DNA from: a bacterium
GTDB taxonomy: Bacteria; SZUA-182; DTGQ01; JBLIRR01
Assembly: GCA_049472395.1 (NCBI GenBank)
Contig: JBLIRR010000028.1
Location: forward strand, 6,897-70,896
Reading direction: 5' to 3'
Length of the DNA: 64,000 nucleotides
The notes under the pieces were generated by a model. That model was not told the DNA's origin. It made no database searches and was given only the letters and a program-made list of their open reading frames with translations. Numbering within the stretch: the first letter of the stretch is position 1; the number at the start of each line of letters is the position of its first letter. The translations under genes were made by a program, and so were the position numbers. Positions 58,708-64,000 of the stretch are shown in pieces.

Positions 58708-59403
58708 AGCATGATTCAGATTATTTAAAAAACATATCTCTTTAAAATATCTATTATATAACTTATAATTTGATCTTTCGAAATTCTATAATATTTGTTT
58801 GCTTAACAATTGCCCGATTTTTATTGTGCCCTCTAAAAAAACTTTATCGAGATTAAGCGTATAAAATTCAAAATTTCTCTTCTTCAAGAGATTTGCATTT
58901 GGATTACTATCTCATGCAATATTATTATTATTTGACAATTTAATTTTATTTCTTAATAATATTACCTAATAATTTGACTTAATATTGATTTATAACGATA
59001 TCCCAAGTATATATGACATTCACGAGTCAAATCTTTCATCTTAAGATGCTTATCCCAACTCAAAGCTTATTTAAAGTGCAATTTTCACTATTTCAGATCT
59101 TGAGTAGTTTAAATAATAATACTTCATGGCATCTCGAGTTGTGGAGACTGCAAACAAGCTTTTGTTGAAGCTTAAGGGGAAGTGATTCCAGACATGGAGG
59201 GAGGGGGTGATAAATATTAAAAATCTATATCTATGCGACCTTTTAAATCAGTTGTAACAAAACTTTAGGAATAGGTGATTTAAGTTGTGGCTACGCTTTC
59301 GGTACGTGTGGTATAGGCAGTGGCACAACGGTGGATACATATGATTCAAAGGGACACACATGAGAAAAAACTCAAAGAAGGGAAGTGAAAAAAGGAGTTA
59401 ATC

Positions 59404-62400
59404 ATGAGAGAAAAAGGTTGGTTTACAATTTTGGGACCAATGTCTCAAAAGCTCTTGAAATGGTATTTGATCATTACTCTGATATTATTTTCGGGGGTAA
59501 TGATTCATACGAAGGCCCAAGGGATTGGCCTTAATGTTATCGGTGTCAATAAGGATGGAACCGAAACCCCTGTTACCGAGTACAGATGGCTAGTGGAGGA
59601 GGACGTTACCTATCATGTCATCCCTGCTGATCCAACCACAAACTGGGCCATAGACTTTCACCGGAGCTATATGCCGGTTGCGAGCAAAGGAGACACAGTG
59701 GGAATCCCCCCGGACGTGCCTCCGACTCCCCCAACCGACGTATTATTTGAAGCAAACAAACATTATTTTGTTTCAGTACTCCCCAAACAGGCAGGAACCT
59801 ATACCATCGGCGGGGCTCCCTTTGTAACAGATTCAACCGGGAACGCATCGGTTAATGTTTATCTCAACCAATTGCCCCTTCCCACCGCGCAGATCACAGT
59901 CTTTGTATTTCAAGACGATTTCCCCATCAATAACGCACCCGACCTTCCCGAGGAGCAAGGTCTGGAAGGTTTTTCTATCATCTTAAAGGACGCCGGCGGA
60001 CGCTACAGCAAGTCGGCCGGAACGCAAATGCTGGATGCTTTTGGCCATCCTCTGGGCACTGTGTATCAGAAGGACAAAAAGACCGGTGAGTTTCTACTCG
60101 ACGCAGACGGGATGCCAATACCCGCGGTTGATTCCAAAGGCAATCCTATAGTTGAGCCTTTGGAAACAGGCCTCGACGGCAGTCTGACCATCAAAAACCT
60201 GGCACCCGGCAAATATGGTATTATGGCTGTACCGCCGCCGGGTACAAATTGGGTTCAGACTTCAACCATCGGAGGTACGAAAGTGATCGACGTATGGGTT
60301 AAGGCAAATGAGCCCCCATTTTTTGCTGAGTTTGGCCCTCCGGGCTATCATGTGACCATCGGTTTTGTAAAGCCGATGAATACCATCTCCCAGGCCACCG
60401 GCGGGAGAACCATCCGGGGTCAGGTCGTGAACCTGCACCTATCTAGACCACCGGAGACCGCTTTTTACAATGGCGCACCCTTCACCCATACCACTCCCTG
60501 GGTAGGCCTAAACTGTGGGCCCACTGGTCAGGGCGAGGGAGTCTATGCCGCCAGGACTGTGGATGGCTCCTTTGTTATTCCCAATGTGCCTGGCGGGGAC
60601 TATCAACTGGTGGTCTGGGACGACAACCTGGATCTCATCTTCGCCTTCAAAGGATTGAGTGTTCCGGACGGAGAGGGTGAGATGAATCTGGGAGAAGTCC
60701 CTGTCCTTGAACGGTTTACCAGGCTCGAGAACTGGGTCTTCTATGACATGAATGAGAACGGATTCTGGGACCCTGCTGAAATGGGGATCCCCGGACAGGC
60801 GGTTAACCTCCGATGGCGGGATGGCACCATGTATCAGTCTATGTCAAGCGACAACCAAGGCTTCGTCCCCTTCGATGAGGTCTTCCCCTTCTTTAGCTGG
60901 TTGGTTGCCGAAGTGGACTTTATCAGATTTAAGGCCACCGGTGTTACCGTGGTGGTTGATGACGGTGGGCCCATTCCCTTTGATAATCCATGGTCTTTTG
61001 GAGGGCAGCTCAACCCTCAACCACAACCTGATCCCGATAATCCAGGCATTACCCTGCCCTACCGGATTGAGACCGGACCCGTCCTTACGGAAGGATTCCA
61101 GGGATTCCCGGGACAAACCAGCGTGCTCCTGTGGGGGAAGAGTAATTATAATTATGAGCTGGGTGAAAACGGCGGCATTTCGGGTATCGTTTACTATGCC
61201 ACTACCCGTGCCGAAGACGACCCGATGTTGGGAGCGGCAGAGCCATGGGAGCCGGGCATCCCCGATGTGAGGATCAACCTCTATGACAGCACTGGAAATC
61301 TTATGATCAACACCACTACCACCGATAACTGGGAGAGCAGCCTGCCCATGGACTGCCCACCGGGCAGCAACGATCCCGATGGTCTGGACCCCTTTTACCA
61401 GGATGGTAAATGCTACGATGGGATGCGCAACTGGAACCAGGTGCAGCCGGGTATCTTTGACGGTGGCTATGCCTTCACTGATTACTATCCTAATGGCATT
61501 AAAACTGATGTCAACGGAAATCCCTTAGTGGATGCAGAGGGAAATCCCATCCCTGTTGTGGATGGAGAAACTCCCTTACATTTGCAAAGCAACAGGGCCT
61601 ATATGGTGGAGGTAGTGCCGCCGCCCGGCTATGAGATTGTAAGGTCCCAGGATCGGAATGTGGATTTTGGTGACACCTATATTCCCGCAAGGCTGAGAGA
61701 GGCTGCCGTCACCGATTTTATGCCTTATCCAATTTGCGTTGGCAACCTTTATCCGGTACCTGAGGAGCTATCGCTTTTTCCGGGCGTGACCCACCCTTTC
61801 TATGATCCCGAATCACCCTGGTATAAAGGACCGGAGTTCGATCCGGTTACCAATCCCTTTTATCTTAACGACTGCGACCGGAAGCTGGTCTATCTCTCTG
61901 ACATGGAAAACGCAACAGCCGACTTCTTCCTCTTTACCGAAGTGCCCGTCGCAGGTCATATCGTAGGGTTCATCCTCGATGACGCGGCCAACGAATTCGA
62001 CCCCCGATCCCCGCAATTCGCTGAGAAATATGCTCCCCCCTGGCTTCCTGTTTCCATCCGCGATTGGACGGGACGGGAGATCGCCCGGACATACTCCGAT
62101 CAGTACGGGCGATACAATGCATTGGTCCCTTCAACCTATACCACTAATATGCCCTCGCCAAGTGGCATGTCTCCGAATATGCTCACCGCCTGCATGAATG
62201 ATCCCATACTGCCTGACGGCTCCAGAGACCCTTACTTTAATCCCCGATATAGTACCTTCTGCTATACCTTCCAATATATGCCCGGGGCCACCACCTACCT
62301 TAATACGCCGGTGATCCCTGTGGCGGCCTTTACCGGCCCAGGTCAGTTCCCGCTGGATTGCGAGTTCCCGGACGGCACACCTCGGATCAGAGGAGTAGAT

Positions 62401-64000
62401 AGCGAATCAGGAGGGCCATATGTTGCTGCAAGCGGGAGCCGTATCATCACCATCCAGTCCATGGGCATGACAGAGGTTCCCAACCCAGATTTCTGTCCCG
62501 CCACGGACCCTTATTGTGTGGATAATGCCATGGTGGATGATAATCCCACCATACTGCGCGATTACGGGTTCGGCAGCTTTAGTCAGGATCAGAGCCGGAT
62601 TACGATAGGTACTGACGCCTTACAAATCAATACCTGGACTCCCGAGGAAATCACCGCCACCGTGCCTGTTGGGGTAACAACCGGCCAGCTGACGGTGACA
62701 CGAGGAGATAATGGGAGATCCACTATCGTGGGTGTGACCGTGACTGTGGGACAGACAGATGACAAGTTTAATGTCCTGAGGGTCAATGGACCTTCGCAGC
62801 CCGGGGCATTCCCAGGGGCGATACAGGAGGCCATTGATGCAGCGCAGAATGGAGACTTGATCCTGGTAGCGCCAGGCGACTATAGGGAGATGGTGATTAT
62901 GTGGAAGCCGGTGAAGCTTCAGGGTTATGGAGCAGGTTCCACCACCATCAGCGCCTTCAAGACACCGACAGAGAAGCTCGTATACTGGAGGCAGCATGTA
63001 CAGATGTTGATCAGTGAGGGTGAAGTGGATCTCCTTCCGGCCCAGGAGCTTACCTTCGGTGGCATTGAGCCAGCCACTCTTTTCACGGAGGAGGGCGCCG
63101 GCATCCTCGTTATTGCAAAAAAAGGCAAATTCAAAGAAAAGGGGATGGCTAGGATTGACGGTCTTACCATCACCGGCGCGGACACCGGCGGCGGGATTGT
63201 GGTCAACGGCTATGCTGATTTCCTAAATATTGGCAACAACAGGATAGAGAATAACTCCGGTTCTTTCGGCGGCGGTATCCGTATCGGACATCCCCAGCTG
63301 ACCGACCAAGGCCCTCCGATCACCTATGCTGACGCGGATAACGATTGTATTCGGATTCACCATAATCATATCAAAGAGAACGGCGGCCTTGGCGCTGGCG
63401 GTGGCGGCATTTCCCTATATACAGGCTCCGACTCCTACGAAGTGAGCGACAACTGGATCTGCGGCAACTTTACACTGGGAGAGGGCGGCGGCATCAGCCA
63501 TACCGGCCTGAGCCACAGAGACAAAAAGGATGATCCCATCCCTCTGATCAAAAACAATACCATTATCTTCAACGAGTCCTTCAACCAGGGGAGCACGGTT
63601 AATGGCGGCGGCATTTATATTGGAGGAGGCGCGCCTTTGAACTCCGGAGGCCTTTCGGATGGATCGGGTTCTGTGATGGTGATCGACAACCTGATTCAGG
63701 GCAACTCATCCGGCGCCGGTGATGGTGCTGGCATCCGCCTAAGCCGCGTTAATGGCCGAGATGTTGCGGACAATCCCTCTACCCCGACAGAATGGTACTC
63801 CGTCAAAATCTTCAACAACATGATCGTGAACAATGTGGCGGCCCTGGCCGGCGGTGGAATCTCCCTGCAGGATACCCTTCAGAGTAGCATCATCCACAAT
63901 ACAATTGCAAATAACGATAGTACGGCCACAGCGGGAGAGGCCTTTGCCCCCGGCAGTCCCAACAATTCCACGCCACAGCCGGCAGGTATCGTGTCCCATG
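59404..64000 (+). CDS. very large secreted surface protein (Cna-B/SdrD-B-like repeats, IPT/TIG, right-handed beta-helix), 3'-partial
   Basis: I translated every line from 59401 to 64000 in frame 1 and found no stop (more than 1530 codons). ATG at 59404 with AAGGAG 6 nt upstream and an in-frame TGA at 59386. TM/signal segment LLKWYLIITLILFSGVMI. Motifs include GDYQLVVWDDNLD, ITIGTDALQINTWTPEEITATVPVGVTTGQLTV (IPT/TIG), AIDAAQNGDLILVAPGDY and repeated NN.I.NNS..GGGI beta-helix turns. The ORF is absent from the supplied track because it has no stop in the window. Confidence 0.85.
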   Translation, partial: MREKGWFTILGPMSQKLLKWYLIITLILFSGVMIHTKAQGIGLNVIGVNKDGTETPVTEYRWLVEEDVTYHVIPADPTTNWAIDFHRSYMPVASKGDTVGIPPDVPPTPPTDVLFEANKHYFVSVLPKQAGTYTIGGAPFVTDSTGNASVNVYLNQLPLPTAQITVFVFQDDFPINNAPDLPEEQGLEGFSIILKDAGGRYSKSAGTQMLDAFGHPLGTVYQKDKKTGEFLLDADGMPIPAVDSKGNPIVEPLETGLDGSLTIKNLAPGKYGIMAVPPPGTNWVQTSTIGGTKVIDVWVKANEPPFFAEFGPPGYHVTIGFVKPMNTISQATGGRTIRGQVVNLHLSRPPETAFYNGAPFTHTTPWVGLNCGPTGQGEGVYAARTVDGSFVIPNVPGGDYQLVVWDDNLDLIFAFKGLSVPDGEGEMNLGEVPVLERFTRLENWVFYDMNENGFWDPAEMGIPGQAVNLRWRDGTMYQSMSSDNQGFVPFDEVFPFFSWLVAEVDFIRFKATGVTVVVDDGGPIPFDNPWSFGGQLNPQPQPDPDNPGITLPYRIETGPVLTEGFQGFPGQTSVLLWGKSNYNYELGENGGISGIVYYATTRAEDDPMLGAAEPWEPGIPDVRINLYDSTGNLMINTTTTDNWESSLPMDCPPGSNDPDGLDPFYQDGKCYDGMRNWNQVQPGIFDGGYAFTDYYPNGIKTDVNGNPLVDAEGNPIPVVDGETPLHLQSNRAYMVEVVPPPGYEIVRSQDRNVDFGDTYIPARLREAAVTDFMPYPICVGNLYPVPEELSLFPGVTHPFYDPESPWYKGPEFDPVTNPFYLNDCDRKLVYLSDMENATADFFLFTEVPVAGHIVGFILDDAANEFDPRSPQFAEKYAPPWLPVSIRDWTGREIARTYSDQYGRYNALVPSTYTTNMPSPSGMSPNMLTACMNDPILPDGSRDPYFNPRYSTFCYTFQYMPGATTYLNTPVIPVAAFTGPGQFPLDCEFPDGTPRIRGVDSESGGPYVAASGSRIITIQSMGMTEVPNPDFCPATDPYCVDNAMVDDNPTILRDYGFGSFSQDQSRITIGTDALQINTWTPEEITATVPVGVTTGQLTVTRGDNGRSTIVGVTVTVGQTDDKFNVLRVNGPSQPGAFPGAIQEAIDAAQNGDLILVAPGDYREMVIMWKPVKLQGYGAGSTTISAFKTPTEKLVYWRQHVQMLISEGEVDLLPAQELTFGGIEPATLFTEEGAGILVIAKKGKFKEKGMARIDGLTITGADTGGGIVVNGYADFLNIGNNRIENNSGSFGGGIRIGHPQLTDQGPPITYADADNDCIRIHHNHIKENGGLGAGGGGISLYTGSDSYEVSDNWICGNFTLGEGGGISHTGLSHRDKKDDPIPLIKNNTIIFNESFNQGSTVNGGGIYIGGGAPLNSGGLSDGSGSVMVIDNLIQGNSSGAGDGAGIRLSRVNGRDVADNPSTPTEWYSVKIFNNMIVNNVAALAGGGISLQDTLQSSIIHNTIANNDSTATAGEAFAPGSPNNSTPQPAGIVSH

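Noticed and set aside
59127-59142. TGGCATCTCGAGTTGT as a sigma-54 promoter for the giant ORF
   Set aside because: The -12 element is shifted by one base and reads TTGT rather than TTGC. It lies more than 260 nt from the ATG. The match is too weak.
59618-63999. Tracked ORFs 59618..59848(-), 60752..61270(+), 60844..61116(-), 61813..62016(-), 61979..62197(+), 62589..63206(-), 63014..63226(+), 63739..63999(-)
   Set aside because: All lie inside the uninterrupted frame-1 ORF of more than 1530 codons. GC-rich DNA yields long spurious ORFs in other frames, and their sequences are Pro/Arg/Gly-rich nonsense.
1-64000. Possible stop-codon reassignment, because in-frame TAA (7155, 50282), TAG (58786) and TGA (19329) interrupt otherwise good frames
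   Set aside because: TAA, TAG and TGA all terminate many well-supported genes here at the expected protein lengths. The interrupted genes are mostly mobile-element or visibly decayed loci. Only the TGA in the CMD-like gene has a specific (Sec) rationale.
1-64000. tRNA, rRNA, tmRNA, RNase P and common riboswitches
   Set aside because: I scanned GC-richer short segments and leaders by eye. I found no T-arm GGTTCGAATCC-type motif, no rRNA-like conservation and no recognisable riboswitch core. An eye scan cannot fully exclude small RNAs.

Overview
This is a 64-kb, visibly AT-rich bacterial chromosomal window. I saw no rRNA, tRNA or CRISPR array. The gene content suggests an anaerobic, Desulfobacterota-like organism, but lineage is inference only. 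That content includes a secreted multihaem cytochrome, two DUF3795-type Cys-rich proteins, an AhpD/CMD-like gene with an in-frame UGA at the redox-Cys position, several -24/-12 (sigma-54) promoters and a fused MFS/spermidine-synthase-TPR protein. About 40 genes look intact, and most encode envelope or secreted proteins: an OmpA/TSP3 protein, beta-barrels, a MacB/LolCDE-like ABC system with a LolA-like protein, GT39, DUF3160, a DUF2330-like/HEAT protein, an M14 peptidase and IPT/TIG proteins. They are interleaved with many decayed fragments. These include an IS481/IS3-like IS with a nonsense-interrupted transposase, IS91-like, IS110-like, IS1380-like and RAYT-like remnants, an Hsp70 fragment, a toxin-antitoxin remnant and a shattered beta-helix adhesin locus. 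The most distinctive observations are: (1) a compact sigma-54 mini-regulon in which three promoters share one architecture (-24/-12 element, IHF-like box, three 16-bp palindromic boxes at fixed spacing) around a GAF-AAA+-HTH activator; (2) a candidate selenoprotein that the ORF track splits; (3) two islands with clearly GC-rich codon usage, namely an HExxH+IPT gene and an ORF of more than 1530 aa at 59404..64000 that is missing from the supplied ORF track because it has no stop in the window; (4) REP-like palindromes, a CAAGTAC heptamer array and an 87-bp tandem repeat upstream of an odd Tyr/Pro- and Ser/Thr/Leu-rich secreted protein. I could not identify one clearly novel multi-gene system with confidence; candidates are ranked in the findings. 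All family names come from motif recognition by eye. No database or HMM search was run.
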